NCBI RefSeq assembly: GCF_030144855.1
Contig: NW_026781548.1
Span: 186,001-250,000 of the forward strand
Direction: 5' to 3'
DNA: 64,000 bases
From: Hypanus sabinus
Taxonomy: Eukaryota
Below the pieces are notes generated by a model. The model had not been told where the DNA came from and did no database searches. It saw nothing but the letters and a program-made list of their open reading frames with translations. This document shows, one piece after another, positions 23,530 through 37,329 of the stretch (the first letter of the stretch is position 1; each line of letters starts with the position of its first letter). The translations under genes were made by a program, and so were the position numbers.

Positions 23530-26210
23530 CTATCAAGTACCCCATGCAAGGCTTATTGTGAATGTAAGGAGGCATGTAATACCAGGAAAGATTGCTATGT
23601 GGATCCAGAAATGGCTTCCCACAGAAGGCAAAGTGTTGATTTAGACGGTCATGTTCTGTATTGGGGTCGTTGACCAGTCGTGTGTCTCAGGGATCTGCTC
23701 TTTCACCCCTATTCTTTGTGACTTACATTATTGACCTGGATGAGCAAGTGGAGGGATGGGTTGGTAAATATGGTGATGGAAATATAGGTTGGTGTTGTGG
23801 ATGGTGTGGAAGGCTGTCAGAGGTTACAGAGGGAGGTTGATAGGATGCCAAACTGCGCTGTGAAAAGGTAGAAGATGCTCAACACAGATGAGTGTGATGT
23901 CGTTCATTCCGGTAGGTCGAACATGAGGCAGCATTGAGGGTTAAAGAAATTGAATAAACAAATCAGTCGCTCCAACGTTTACCCAGTTAGAAAGCAGGAG
24001 GTCACGTGGGCATCATCACTGCCTTGATCTCTCACTGACACGAAGGGTACGGAGAAAACTGACAGCATGCAGAGGGATATTAACATGTTCAGCGAATGTA
24101 CCAGCGTCAGGCAGATGGAGATCAAAGTTGTTAAATGCGAGGTCATCCACTTGGGAAGAGAAAATGGAAGGGCAGAATATTCTTTCAGTGGTAAACGATG
24201 GCAGTATGCTGCTGTGCGGAGGGACTTTGGCGTGCTTGTACATGATTCACAAAAGGTTGCTTCGCAGGTGCAGCAGGTTATCAAGAAGACTTTTCCCCCT
24301 TTTTGCCAGAGGGATTGGATTTAAGATCAGGCAGGTTACGCTGCAACTGCACAAGGCACTGGCGATGCGGCATCCGGAGTACTGTACAGTTCTGGTCTCC
24401 CGACTTGAAGATTGATAAACAGTATGTGCAGCTGGTTCAGCAGCTGCTTCCAGAGATCAGGTGGCTCGACTATCAGGGGCAATTGAATCGACTGGAATCG
24501 TACTCGCTGGAACTCAGAAGGATGACAGGAAACCATCTAGAAACATATAAAATTAGGGAATGTATAGATTAGATAGTGGCAGGACAGTAGTTTCCGCTGG
24601 CAGGAGAGACTAAAACTCCGGGACATAACCTGAGGTTTCTGTGGAGTAAATCGAGGACCATCATGAGGAGGAACTTCTTCATTCTTGGGTGGTGTATCCA
24701 GTGGAATTCTCTGCTCAAGGAAGCTGTGGAGGCTACTACAATAATAAAAAAAAATGTTTACGTCTGGCTGGCAGTGTCTTTGTATAGTAGAAGAATCGAG
24801 GGTTATGAGGAAATGGTGGGTATGCAGCGACGAGAATATGGTCAGTCGCACTTCAGTGGTTCATTAGTAGATGGAAAGTCCCTGAGAGGCAGAATTTATG
24901 GACACTTATAAAGGTATAAAATAGTTAGGAATAGTCAGCATGAATAGTCAAGGGCAGTTCGTGTCTTCTGAGACTGATTGAACATTTTGAGGATGTGACT
25001 AAACATATTCATGAAGTGAGAACAGTAGGTGTAGTGTATATGGATTTCGGCAAGGCTTTTGCTGAGGTAATCCATGCAAGGCTCATTGAGAAAGTCAGGA
25101 GGAATGAGATTTGAGGGGACATTGCTTTGCGGATCCAGAACTGGCTTGCCCAGATAAAGCAAAGACTACTTGTAGACGGGTCATACTCTGCAGAGATCTA
25201 GGTGACCAGTGCAGTGCCTCATCGATTTGGTCTGGGGCCATTACTCTTCGTTATTTAAAAAAAGAGCTGGATGCTGAACTGAAGGGCTGGTTTAGTAAAT
25301 TTGCTGATGACACAAAGTTACGAGATGTTGTGGATTGTGTAGATGCCGTCAGAATTTACAACGAGGCATTGACAAGATGCAAAACTGGGCTGAAAAGTGC
25401 CAGGTAGACTACAAACCAGATAAGTGTGAAGTGGCTTATTTTGGTAGTTCAAATATGATGATATAATATAGTATTAATTGTAAGACTGTTGGCGGTGTTT
25501 GAAGATCAGAGGGATCTTGGGGTCCGAGTCCATATGACGCTGGAAGCTGCTGTGCAGGTTGACTTTGTGGTTCAGAAGGCACACAGTATATTGATCTTTA
25601 TCAATCGTGGAATTCAATTTAGGAGCCGAGAGGAAATGTTGCATTTATATAGGACCCTGGTCAGACCCCACTTGGCGTACTGTGCTCGATCTGGTCGCCT
25701 CATTACAGGATGTACGTGGAAAGCATAGAATGTATGCAGAGGAGATTTACAAGGATGATGCCTGGAATGGAGAATATGCCTTATGAAAACAGGTTGAGTG
25801 AAATCGGCCCTCTCGCCAGGGAGCGACGGAGGATGAGAGGTGACCTGATAAAGGTGTATAAGATCATGAGTGGAATTGATCCTGTTGATAGTCAGAGTCT
25901 GTTTCCAAGGGCTGAAATGGTTGCCAGAAGAGGACGCAGGTGTTAGGGTGCTTGGGAGTAGGTAACAGAGGAGAATTCAGTAGGTTTTTTTTTATGCAGA
26001 GAGCGGTGAGTGCGTGGAATGGGCTGCCGGCACCGGTGGTGGAGGCGGATACGATAGGATCTCTAAGGATACTTTTGTACAGGTACATGGATCTTAGAAA
26101 AATAGAGGGCGATGGGTAAGCCTCGCAATTTCTAAGGCAAAACATGTTCGGTATAGTTTTGCGGGACGAAGGGCCTGTATTGTGCTGTAGGATTTCTATG
26201 TTTCTAGATC
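23530..26210 (+). mobile_element. Stacked CR1 RT/3'-end fragments filling intron 1 of GPCR B
   Basis: Repeated SxVPQG, KFADDT and YRTLVRPHL motifs. Ends with the tail gaagggcctgtattgtgctgtaggatttctatgtttcta at ~26168-26207. Confidence 0.85.
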
Positions 26211-26987
26211 AGCCATGATCATCTTCACTGCCAGATCATGCCAGTCCGAACAGAAGGAATATTTCTGCTTCTGTAACGAAAGTTCTTATATTCCCAATTC
26301 CTCTCGTGTTTACAGTTGAAGGGATTTCAATTTCTGTCACTGTCATACATGGTATATTAATCAGTTTATTATTCTCTTAACAATTGCCGGTCTCAAGTCT
26401 TTCTTCTGACGCCAACGATCAGAATACTTTCAAGTCCATTGATATCCCTGCTGAGCACATAGCGTACGGCAGCTGAATTCAGCCATTTGAGCGCCGAGCC
26501 TACTCCGTAATTCCAACATAGCTGATCCCTCTCAATCACATTCTGGCGCCATCTCCGCGTTTCTACTGCAAAAGGTACCAATGAACAGCCCCACTGAACT
26601 GTTTGTGGCGATAAATTCTGCACATTCACCAGCATTTGTGTAAAAAAAAAATTCTTCCCGTCTCTGTTCTAAAGAGATGTCGTTATTTTGAGAAAACCCG
26701 TCTTCAGGTGCAGACTCCCCAACGACAGTATCTACTGCTCCATTTCGACGGTATCTACGAATTTCAATATTCGACAGATTTCAATGAGAATTTCCTCATT
26801 CTCCTGAACTTCAGCAGGTACATTATAAACACTACCGATTCACTAATGGCTCCCGATAATTTGCTTAACAGGTACACTAATTTCATGTTCATCTTTACAA
26901 TCGGAAGGGCTGTCGATTAAAATAATATTTTTCAGAGAATGTTTCCGTCAAAATGTAAGTTAATGGTTTTTATTTCATTCTGCACAG

Positions 26988-27910
26988 TTAACATGGTGAC
27001 AATTGTCATCCTGTCGCGGGGAAAGTGCGGTCTCTCCCAAGGCGTCACAAGATACCTGGTTGCCATGGTAGCAGCGGATCAGCTCGTGGTTCTCTTCGAT
27101 CTGGTATTGAGCAAGATTCCGATGACTTACATTCCACTACATGTCTTCATATGGTCGCGTCGTGTCCCTGTTTGTAATATTCATGCCGTCGTGTTCTACA
27201 CCGCCACGGACTGTTCTGTCTGGTTCACCGTCACTTTCACCTTTGATCGATTTGTCGGCATTTGTTTTCAGAAGCTGCAACGAAAATACTGCACCGGGAG
27301 ATCGGCGGCTCTGGTTCTGGGGACAGTGACTGTGCTGAGCTGTGTAAAGAACATTTTCTGGTACTTTTTGCTAGCTGGGTATTATCCAATGGTAATTTCG
27401 CCCGTTCTTTGTATGCATTCTTATCGTTTTTCCAAAACTCTGCAGACAGCATTTAAACTGATTCATTTCCTCCTCACCCCAGTATTACCCTTTATCCTGA
27501 TTCTGCTGCTCAACAGTTTAACCATTAGGCACGTCTTCGTGGCCAGCCGAGCACGGAGGAGACTCCGTCGTTCACGCAATAGGGAGAAGCCCGCCGACCC
27601 GGAAATGACGAACCGCAGGCAATCCCTCCTGTTACTGCTGGCGATGTCGGGGAATTTCATCCTGCTGTGGGCACTGCTAACAGTGCTTTCCGTATGGGAT
27701 AGCCTGTTTTTTTACGTTAAAGTGCTACGCTCGAATTCTCTGCAGGAACTGGGCTACATGCTGCAACTGCTGAGCTGCTGCACCAACACGGCCCTCTACG
27801 CCATTGTACAGGCCAGGTTCAGGGTGCAGTTTAAGGAAACGGTGAAATTGCCCGTAAGTCTCATGTCAAAGTTCATTCGGCGTTCTCAGCACCGCAGTAA
27901 TATCCGCTGA
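26988..27910 (+). CDS. GPCR copy B exon 2; intact class A orphan GPCR, GPR139/GPR142-like
   Basis: Acceptor ctgcacAG at 26986-26987. The spliced frame reads ATP-V-NMVTIVILSRGKCGLS. DRF and NTALY motifs present. TGA at 27908-27910. Confidence 0.94.
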
Positions 27911-30548
27911 CGCCTCACCCATTTCGCAGCAAAATATCTCTTTTCGTCAATGGCATGTTCAGTTAATTCAGCTTGTGGACGACCCCGATTAGCTCTCGCC
28001 CTCCCCAACTGCATGCAAGACAACGATCCGTGACGTGTTCCCAAACTGCCTCCTGTGTGCTCTTTCAAGTTTATGTTCTTCACGAGTTCCCTCTCATGTC
28101 TACTTCAGTTCCACCAACTGGATGTTTCTACCAAGTGGAGGAATTTAAGATTGGGTGGCAGGGTTTGAGGTTCATCACGATATTGTGGGCCGAAGGGCCT
28201 GTAATGTGCTGAACTATTCTATGTTCTATTTTCTACCGTTTATTGCATACAATGCTCTGACAGCACCATCGCAATCCGACGCTTGTGCCCTGCCGCTATT
28301 CCGTGCGGCCCGAATGCCTGTTCAGCTACGTCAGATGTAGCTCCATCTCCTTCCTCTGGCGAGAGGATTTCTTTCCAAGACCCCCAGCTATTGCACTGTT
28401 CGGGAAGTCTGGTTACTGTGGACATACTGCAAATCTCCAGTTGATCCGGAGTTCATTGGAATCCGCCTGTCACCCCGAGAATAATCCAGTAACGCGGACT
28501 CGGAAAACCACTCGCTCAATCGTCTTTCATCCGCCTCAAGCTGCAACAGCTATCGCAATGCCTTCTGGGAATTAAAGGAAATACTTGGTCACTTTGTGCA
28601 GTGGAGGTCCAATCTATAGGACTGGATTGAGTACATTGGGTATGTGGCGAAGGTGGTTATGCAGAAAGGGCACCTGATCATTATNNNNNNNNNNNNNNNN
28701 NNNNNNNNNNNNNNNNNNNNNNNNNNNNNNNNNNNNNNNNNNNNNNNNNNNNNNNNNNNNNNNNNNNNNNNNNNNNNNNNNNNNNNNNNNNNNNNNNNNN
28801 NNNNNNNNNNNNNNTCCAGACCCTTTGCAATTTTTGGTCATTTCCTACTCAATTCTTGCGGAAACATTGTTTACATTGATTAGATTTGCATTTACATTTA
28901 CATAGTTCATTTTTTGTATTGTGATTTGTCTGTACTGTGTTCTCTTGCACTGTTTTGTGCACCTTATGTTGTCTCTGTGTAGGCCTGAAGACTAATGTAA
29001 TTTTATGTTTTTCCCTGCAGTGCCATGGTTCTGTAGAATCGTTGTTTCGATTTTGCTGTGAACTGTAACAACAGTTATAGTTGAGATGACAATAAAAGAG
29101 ACTTGACTTGACATGTGATTCGGCACGAAATGTGAGATGCTGTCAGAAGTATGACTCCAAGATAAACACATTGAATTGGTATGGATACGTCAGAGATTTT
29201 TTCCCGCTGACCCTTCCGGAGCAGCATCTTGCACTGGACTATTCCACCTGAGATACTGATTGGAACTCTCAGAAACGCCGATGCGTATCCTTACTAGGTT
29301 CCTCGTAATTTGGTCCTTTTCCTTCCCCGTTTGACTATTCCCCGTTATGCTCAAGAGCGACCCTTTCCGGTTAGGATGATGCAGAACACTAGGCCTCAGG
29401 GCACAGCATCCAGTCAATTTTTGATCCAGAGGTGGTGGACAGAGGGTAGTGGTAGAGGGCAACCATTCTGGATTTGACAAGTGTTGGTTATGCTCTGGCG
29501 TTTGACTCTGATGAAAATGTATATGGCACTTAAATACACTTGCAGAGGACACAGAACGTAATGGGGTTGTGGATGTCGACAAAGCTTGGTGTAAGTGCAG
29601 ATGGTTTGGAAAATTACCCGAGAACTAACAACTTTATCAAACTGATACGACAGTACGGTCTATAACCTGCTTCGAAACAATAGGGTGAGTTCAGCGGGAT
29701 GAGGAAATGAGGGGATGAGTTACAAACTGACAGGTGCTAGGGCAAAAAGTGTGACGGGAAATGCAGGGGAATGAGCGGATGGGGGTGCAGTAAGATTCTG
29801 TGAGGAGATAAGTGTAAGTGGGAAGGGAACGAATTTGAGGACTGTTGGCAATGGACAAAAGAGAAGGCATGGGTTCTCCAGCTGGAGAATAATAGTCAGT
29901 GAGCTGAACAGAAGAGACGAGAGGTGGGGTTGTTAGGAAGCTTTAAAGTGGATTGTGAAAGGTTTTTCATGATTGAGGCAGTCAATGGTTCTGGGGGACG
30001 GTAGGGGAATGGGGTTGGGTGGGATCGTAAATCTGCCATGATGGAATAGCGGAGTAGATACAATTTTTGGTTGTTGAATAAAAATGGAAATTGAAATATA
30101 TTTTTTAAACATGCGAGAATAACTTAACAACAAAAATGAATAAACAGTCAATTTTGTGCAGCAAGACCTTTCCGCAGGACTGGAGATGGCGGAAGACCCC
30201 AGAATTAAAAGTGGCTGAGGTAGTGGAGTCGAAGAAAGGTAGTTAGAAGGTTATAGATGAAGCCAGTTGGTCGTGGAAGTAAAAGGGTGGGAGAGGAAAT
30301 AATCTGCTAGACCAGAGGGAGAGCCGTGAGAGAGGGTCTCACTGAACCCCTGTTGAAATGAGGATTTGAATTTCCTCAGGCATGCCCCGAGGAGACTGCC
30401 AGCAAATCATAAGCACGAGATCTCTATTGATTTCTGAAAACTAAATCAACATGTCAGGGGAAAACCTAGTTTGAAACGGGGTCCAGAATAGACCCTATGA
30501 ACTCTGCTGCTGTTTAGAGAGAGGGACAGAATCTACTCGGAAGGTTGA

Positions 30549-30940
30549 TGTTATGGTTTCTCTGCCAGCTTGTTTACCTTTTCTGCGAGGGCACTTGCCC
30601 GCTTGTAGAGTTCCTGCAGAAAGTGGAGGACGGAACATTTTGATGGACAGCTGGTCTCCAACATGGAGAGATAAAAGCCAGGTCCGCTGTTACACAGACG
30701 CACACACCACGAGACACACGGTACGGACTGGACGAGCTCTGTTGCACACAGAGGAAGGCGGGGTTGTCGGAGGTTCGATTCGGGGAAATCGATCAGTAGC
30801 TCACTGTGTGAAAAGGCGCGACCGGCGGGGAAAAATGTTTGTGTCCATCGTTGCCTGGTTGTTAATTCGTACCATGTCATAGTTGCTGAACACAAGATGA
30901 CTTCGGAAGACAACGGGAAGATCGACGGCATCACCTCTCA

Positions 30941-31021
<81 letters not shown>

Positions 31022-31256
31022 CGTTACAACAAATGACGTCGAATTGAACTGAACTCATCATATCTAGGTTTGAAAGAGCCTAGTTATTTCCTGTTTTCAC
31101 ACTTAAGTATATATAATGCTAACCCGTTTGATTTATTTACATCGATATTACTGCATTGCTTAGATACTAATAAAAGTTATTAGTTTATAGGATACCAAAC
31201 TCCAGAGTGTTCTCCATTCCTCTTGGTTCTGTATACCGGTCACGGGGTCCGTGACA
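30549..31256 (+). mobile_element. Probable solo LTR (Gypsy-type ends)
   Basis: Begins TGTTATGG and ends CCGTGACA (imperfect terminal inverted repeat, TG...CA). AATAAA near 31169 and an internal (CT)n. No clear target-site duplication. Confidence 0.55.
30944..31017 (+). repeat. (CT)n microsatellite
   Basis: Uninterrupted CT run. Confidence 0.98.
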
Positions 31257-33599
31257 ATCACACACAAATTGCTGGAGAAACTCACTGGTCAGGCAGCATC
31301 TATTAATTTTTATTTTTGTAGATTATCTGGTCAACTGTCGAATTTTGCTCCTTGCGGTCCGCCGGATTAGTCCAGCTGCGTCCAAATCTTCTTCATGAAT
31401 GATAACGCGTATTTCACATTCATAACCACACAGCCCCCGATCAAACCGGGCGAGGATTTGGACGGGGCACCACCAAAGTCTCTGTCCCCGCGAAGAATCC
31501 TGACATTCCGACCATCAGAACATGCGATCTTGGAGCAGATTTTGGCCACTTTGCCCATCGAGTCTGCTTTGCCATTTTATCATGGCTGAAATAATTTCCT
31601 TCTCAGCCCAAATCTCCTGCCTTGCCCCGTATCTCTTCTTGCCCTGACCTATCAAAAAACATCAGCAACTGCCCTGAATATATCCAACGGCTTGGTCTGC
31701 ACAGCTGCCTGCGGTATCTGAGACATAGCTGTGCCTATGAGGAAAATTTAAGGATACTGTCGTTATATAAGCAGAAAAAAAATGATTGCCGTTATGTTAC
31801 TACTTCAACTGCGTCAGCAAATCATTGTGGGACGAAGGGTCTCTTCTTGTGCCGTAATATTCCATGTCCTGGTTTCTAAATCAGGGAATGAACAGCTGAC
31901 ACGTCGGAAAGAGTTCCTTCACCGGGATTGGAAACGAAGAGAGGCAGTGTGGATTCAGCGGGATGAGGGGATGAGGGGATGGATTACAAACTGAGAGGCA
32001 GTACAACAAACTTATGCCTTCTTAACCACAGAGTCAACCTGCCCAGCAGCTTTGAGTGTCCTGTAGTTTCAAATCCCAAGCAGAGGATCTCATACAAAAA
32101 ACGATTACAGGTCAGCAATCGACAAGTAGCGTTCAGTGCCCCAGAATTGCTCAGACAGGTATTTTAGCAGAGACGCTTTGAGATCATGTTGCAGTTCTTT
32201 GAGTTGTCGATGAGGGCGCACTCGGAATACTCAGTGCAGTATTTGGTCACCATGCAAAGTTGCGGCTGTGCAGGAGCAAAGGCAGAAAAGAGTGATGGAC
32301 ATGTACCCAACACTAGAGGGCTTGAGGCATGGAGAATAGTAGGATACTTGGAACTTGATAGAATGAGGGACGAACTTGCAGAAGTTTCTTTTGAATTTGA
32401 ACAGGCATAGTCGAGGTGGATGATAAGGGTCTTTTGAGATACTGGATAGGTATGATAAAATCTTGTGAACATGCGTTCAGGTAAGGGAGTAGGATGGATT
32501 AAAAGGAGTCGCTTTCACTAAGACCGCGTTTTAGGAATGACCTGAATAGCAAGAGGCAAAAGCAGGTAAAATAGGATCGAGTGGGATGAGAGAGAGTTTT
32601 CGGTGGGAGCGGAAGGATTTTTTTTTTAACGTACGTGGATGGAGTTGATTGCAAGTGAAAATATACCAGAGAGAGTGGTTCAGAAAGAGACAAGAATATA
32701 ATTAAGAACCAAATTGGGATATACATGGAGGGGTGGCAATCAGAGTGATATGAACCCGGAACTGATTGGTTGTTCCGTCGGGCTGTAACTGTGTTCCGTG
32801 AATATGACTGCAATCTTTGGAGATTCTTAGCAAATGTTGGCAAGCGAAACCAATTTTGGGTGTTGAAGGGAAATAAAGTCAATGTCGACAAACGAAAGAA
32901 TAGGCAAATATCTCATCAGGCTCTGCGATTCAAACGATGGATATATTAATGGCTGATTGTCATGAGACAAAGATTTGAAATTAATGGAGTCTTTCCTGTT
33001 TGGCTGCAGGTGACTAATAGTGTCCACAGGTGTCTGTGTTGCCAATGATTATTTTTACGATAAATGTCTATGATTTGAATGGAATTGACGGCTTTGTTGC
33101 AAAGTTTGCAGACGATACAGAGATAGGTCAAAGTACATGTATTTATTAACATAAATGAACTATGATTACACATTTCACATTTGGCCGTAGTAAAGGTTGT
33201 TGGTCCGCATGTAAATGAACAAAGAAGAAACAAAATCAATACAATAGAACTGAATTCGGGAACTGTATGAACATGCATTTTGGTGGATCTAATAAAGGTG
33301 CAGACTGTGGCATTGATCAGGAAAATAAATCAAAGTCAGAGGTGCTAAGGGATTCGAGATTCCTCATGCAGACTTTCCGAAACTTAGATAGATTTGGAGA
33401 GCTATGATGTTGTGGCGATTACAAAGATTTTGATGGAGCAATGACAAGAATGGCTACGTCAAGTGCCAGGCTTTAGACATTAGACAATAGACAATAGGGG
33501 CAGGTGTAGGCCAGTCAGCACTTAAAGCCAGCACCGCCATTGAATGTGATCGTATCTTATCATCCACAATCAGTACCATGTTCCTGCCTCTCCCCATAT

Positions 33600-34090
33600 C
33601 CCTCGACTCCGCCATCTGAGCGGAGCTGGAATTGGGAGTTACCTGGCTTTGAGGTACAGACTGCGGGCGGCTGGAGCCCATAAAGTGGGCGGCCGAGGAA
33701 TGAATGGGAAGCAGGAAAGGAAGCGATCTTAAAGGTGACAGGTGAAGCGATGTGGGGGGGGGGGAGTTGAAGGTGAAAGACTGGAAAAGAGAGAAAGTGG
33801 AGACATCTGTACCCAGGAGGTGGACTGGTACCTCGAGAAATTAATCCCACTTTGAACTTTCTCTAACCCTGGACCGAACCGCGATCCCCACTATTTCTTT
33901 ATTCCACATTGACCTTTCACCAATTCCCACGTGACTATTACTTCCCCCGTGTTCCCTTCTCCATCCGTTTATCGTATAGTCAGCTCTCCATTCCTATCAG
34001 ATTCCTTCTTCTCCAGCCCTTCTCCCCTCCGACCCACCTGACTTCACTTATCACGTTCCAGCTCGCCGTTTTCTCCTCTCCCTACCTTTT
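33600..34090. mobile_element. Penelope-like element terminal fragments
   Basis: cctatcagattccttcttctccagccct...cacctg.cttcac.tatcac.ttccagct resembles the end of abundant shark Penelope-like repeats. A purine-rich inverse fragment lies at 33600-33800. Confidence 0.4.
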
Positions 34091-34099
34091 TAACTGCCT

Positions 34100-35120
34100 T
34101 GTCTTATAACCATTTTTGTGCCGTATTGGCTTTATGCTTGTCCTGGTTCTCCTGTAAACTGCTTCTAGCTGTCCTCCAGAATTCCCCTGTGTTTTTCTTC
34201 ATTGATTTTGCCCTCTACCTTCACAAGCTTCAAATCCAGATGCCGTCATTACCATGCTTCACGGTCAGGATGGTGTCTTTCTGATGCGAAGCGATGTTTG
34301 CCTTGTGTGAGACATAGCATTTAGCTGTTGTTCCCATAAGCCAAAATACTCAATTGTGTTTCATCAGACAGCAGAAATTTCTTCCAGCTGACTTCAGATT
34401 CTCCCACATGTCTTCTGGCTAACTCTGGCTAAGGTTTCATATGAGTCTTTCTTTTAACAGCTTTCTCTTTGCCATCCCCCATAATACTGTGGCTGCTGAA
34501 ACACCAGGAAAACAGTTATTTCATGCACAGACTTTGCCAACTCCAACACTGAAACGTGTATCTTTTCAGTGTTGTTGTAGGTCTCTTAGTTGCCTCCCTC
34601 AGTTGTCCCTTTATTGCACGGTGACTCAGTATTTGAGTTCGGCCTGTTGGGCGTAGACATACAGCTGTGCCGTATTCTTGCCATTCCTTTGATAATTGAC
34701 TTAAATGTCCTCCAACTGTGACGTTGAAAATGTCTTGTACCCATCTCCTGACTTGTGCTTGCCAATAGCAATTTCGCAGAACTGGTTGGTGTGTACTTTT
34801 GTCTCAGTGGTGTAGTTTTTGCAAGGATACTGACTCACCAGCAGTATCAATGTGGCCACCTTGTTTGGATTATGTGACTTCTAAAACAATTAGCTGTATC
34901 AGTGATGATTTGGTGTGTTATACTTCAGGCGGTGAATACCGATGCTATCAATGGTTATGGTTTTTCATTTGTATGCAGTTTCGATCACTCTGTTTCTGTT
35001 TTCACTTTGACAGTCTGTCTTTTTATGGTGGATCAGTTTCATAAAAGGCAAATTAAATCCAATGTGATTCAATGTTGAAAAACTATACAACTTTCAAGGA
35101 GACAGAACACTTTCCACAGT
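34100..35120 (-). mobile_element. Tc1/mariner DNA transposon relic
   Basis: Minus strand encodes SDETQL and TVKHG, the Tc1 DDE-domain motifs WSDExK and TVKHGGG. A TIR-like end lies near 35070-35120. Confidence 0.7.
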
Positions 35121-35749
35121 CACCGAACACTCAGACCTCTGCGAAGCTGAATATGTCAAATACCAGAACGCAGATACATAAAGTGAGAGGCGGACAACTT
35201 CAGAGAGGGACTTTTTCCACCGGCTGCAGCCAGACATAGGAAGGAGCAGAGGAGTGGAAGTGGTGGAACAACAACTTTGTTAATGCAGATGGGATGATCA
35301 TATGATGTCATTTCCTGAGCGTTTGTAATATTTTTCAGTAATTTCATATCGATACACTTGTCGCGCATGGACTAACTGCAGAAGCCAACATTTATTTCTT
35401 CTCAATCATCACAACTGAAAAAAACTCCCCAGTCATCACCTGTTTGCCGTAATCGTTAGTGCCTCTGTTGGGACAGTTCCAACTCACTTAGTCGTCCTGA
35501 AGACGCCTGGTGCAGAGGCACATAGCGGAATGATTTTCTGAGGGCTGGAATCGCTTTATTTTAAAGGCGTATTACTGTTCATCCGTTTGCTCACTCATGT
35601 CGCCATCTACTGTCCGCTAGGCGTATCTAAAGCAAGACACTACAAAAGTTACGTTTTCAATGTTCAAAGTTAATGCATTGTGGGAGTGGGTTTATGCCAC
35701 CAGAAACAAAAATGAATGAGGTGCGATTTCTTGTGGGCATGCATATTTA

Positions 35750-36300
35750 ATAGAAGGAACGCTGTAGATTGAATGAAAGACAGCAGCGAATAAGACGTTC
35801 AAAAACACACAAAACAACAATATGGAAAAGATGAAATTTGGAAATCAATAAAAATAGTAATAACAAGTCAATACGCAATAAATATCGAGAAGGAGATGAA
35901 GAGTGTATTAATATGCATCCATAGGCTGTGGGAACAGTTTAGTGATCCACCGGGTGAAATTGAGTGCGGTTCGTACCCCGAGTTCAAGAGCGTGATAATC
36001 GCGTCCGTAACAACTGTTCTCAAAACTGGTAGTGAGTGACATGGGGACTCCTGGCCCTTCTACATGACGGCAATAGCGAAAAGAGTTCATGTCCTGGGAA
36101 CTGGGACTCCTTCATGCTGGATGCTATTTGGAGCGACAGCGCTCAGTGCAGATGCGCTGAATGGTGGTGAGGGCTTAACCCGGAGTGCACTGGGTCAAAT
36201 CCAGTACTTTTGTAGGATTTCCCGTTGTAACTTTGCATCTTCCATGAATAGTTCAGATTTCCTTCAGTGGCGGCAGCACATAAGAGCTAGATATTGACTT
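35750..36300 (-). mobile_element. Rex1/Babar-like LINE 3' fragment
   Basis: Resembles the reverse complement of Rex1-type 3' ends (ccataggctgtgggaacagtt...gttcaagagc.tgat...aactgttc). Confidence 0.5.
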
Positions 36301-36589
36301 CAGGAATGTCGGAGCCCATCCACAAGCTCCTGTTCAGGTCAATGGTACCTAAATCAAGTATGTACATGTGAACATCGCGAGTAGACCTGGGTTGGTCCGG
36401 CACATTGACGTCTGAGCAAGATCGCTGACCAAAACTTCTAGTTCTTCAGGAGGCTAAATAAGTTCTGCACGGCTCTGTAAATCCTCAGCAACGGCTTACT
36501 GATTCATAAAAAAACATCTTACCCGGATATATTGTATCCTGGATAATGGACTCCCTGACTGGCAGATTACAGTCTGTGCCGCTTCAGAG

Positions 36590-37240
36590 CTGTGCTTTAT
36601 ACAAGGCTATAAGTGGCACTATGTGCCCTCAGGGATCTATACTGGCTTCCTCTTTACTCTGTATACCCTCTAACTTCAGATAGAACAATAACTCATGTCA
36701 TCTGCAGAAATGATCTGCTGACTCTGTAATATTTGGGTGTTTAAATGGATGAAGGGAGGGCGAATACAGGGTACTGGTGGAAGACATTGTGAACTGAAGC
36801 AAGCTGAACCATCTGCCGCTTGGCATCAGTAAGACAAAGGAGATAGGGTGGACTTCAGGATGACGAAGGATGGCCTGCTCCTCCTTACTATTGATTGTGG
36901 GGACGTTGATGTGATGAGTACCTACAAGTAGCTGGGGGTGCACCTGGATGACAGACTTGAGTGCAGCCCCAGCACAGAGACTGTGTACAAGAAGGGCCAG
37001 ATTCACCTATATTTCAAGACGAGGCTCAGGTCCTTTGGAGTGTCCATTCACTTCTTTCGTCATGTTCCACCAGTCTGTTGTCTCCAGTACAGTCTTCCAT
37101 GCGGTGGTTGGCAGGGTAATATCAGCATCATCCGTGATGCTAAATAATCTCCCCTCCACGAACTCTGATGACATCGTTTAAGCCGTCTAAATAAATGAAG
37201 ACCCGCTCCCATTACGAACGTTCTTCTTTATTCCTGTGTA
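36590..37240 (+). mobile_element. Rex1/Babar LINE RT fragment
   Basis: Encodes LNHLPLGISKTKE and YK*LGVHLDDRLECSPSTETVYKKGQIHLYFKTRLRSFGV. Confidence 0.8.
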
Positions 37241-37329
37241 GGCTCAAAAAAAAAGACTCCATCCCGCTGAGGTAAGATCAATGAACAGCCCACTTGACTT
37301 CAAAATCTCCCTTGATATGTTCATACACC

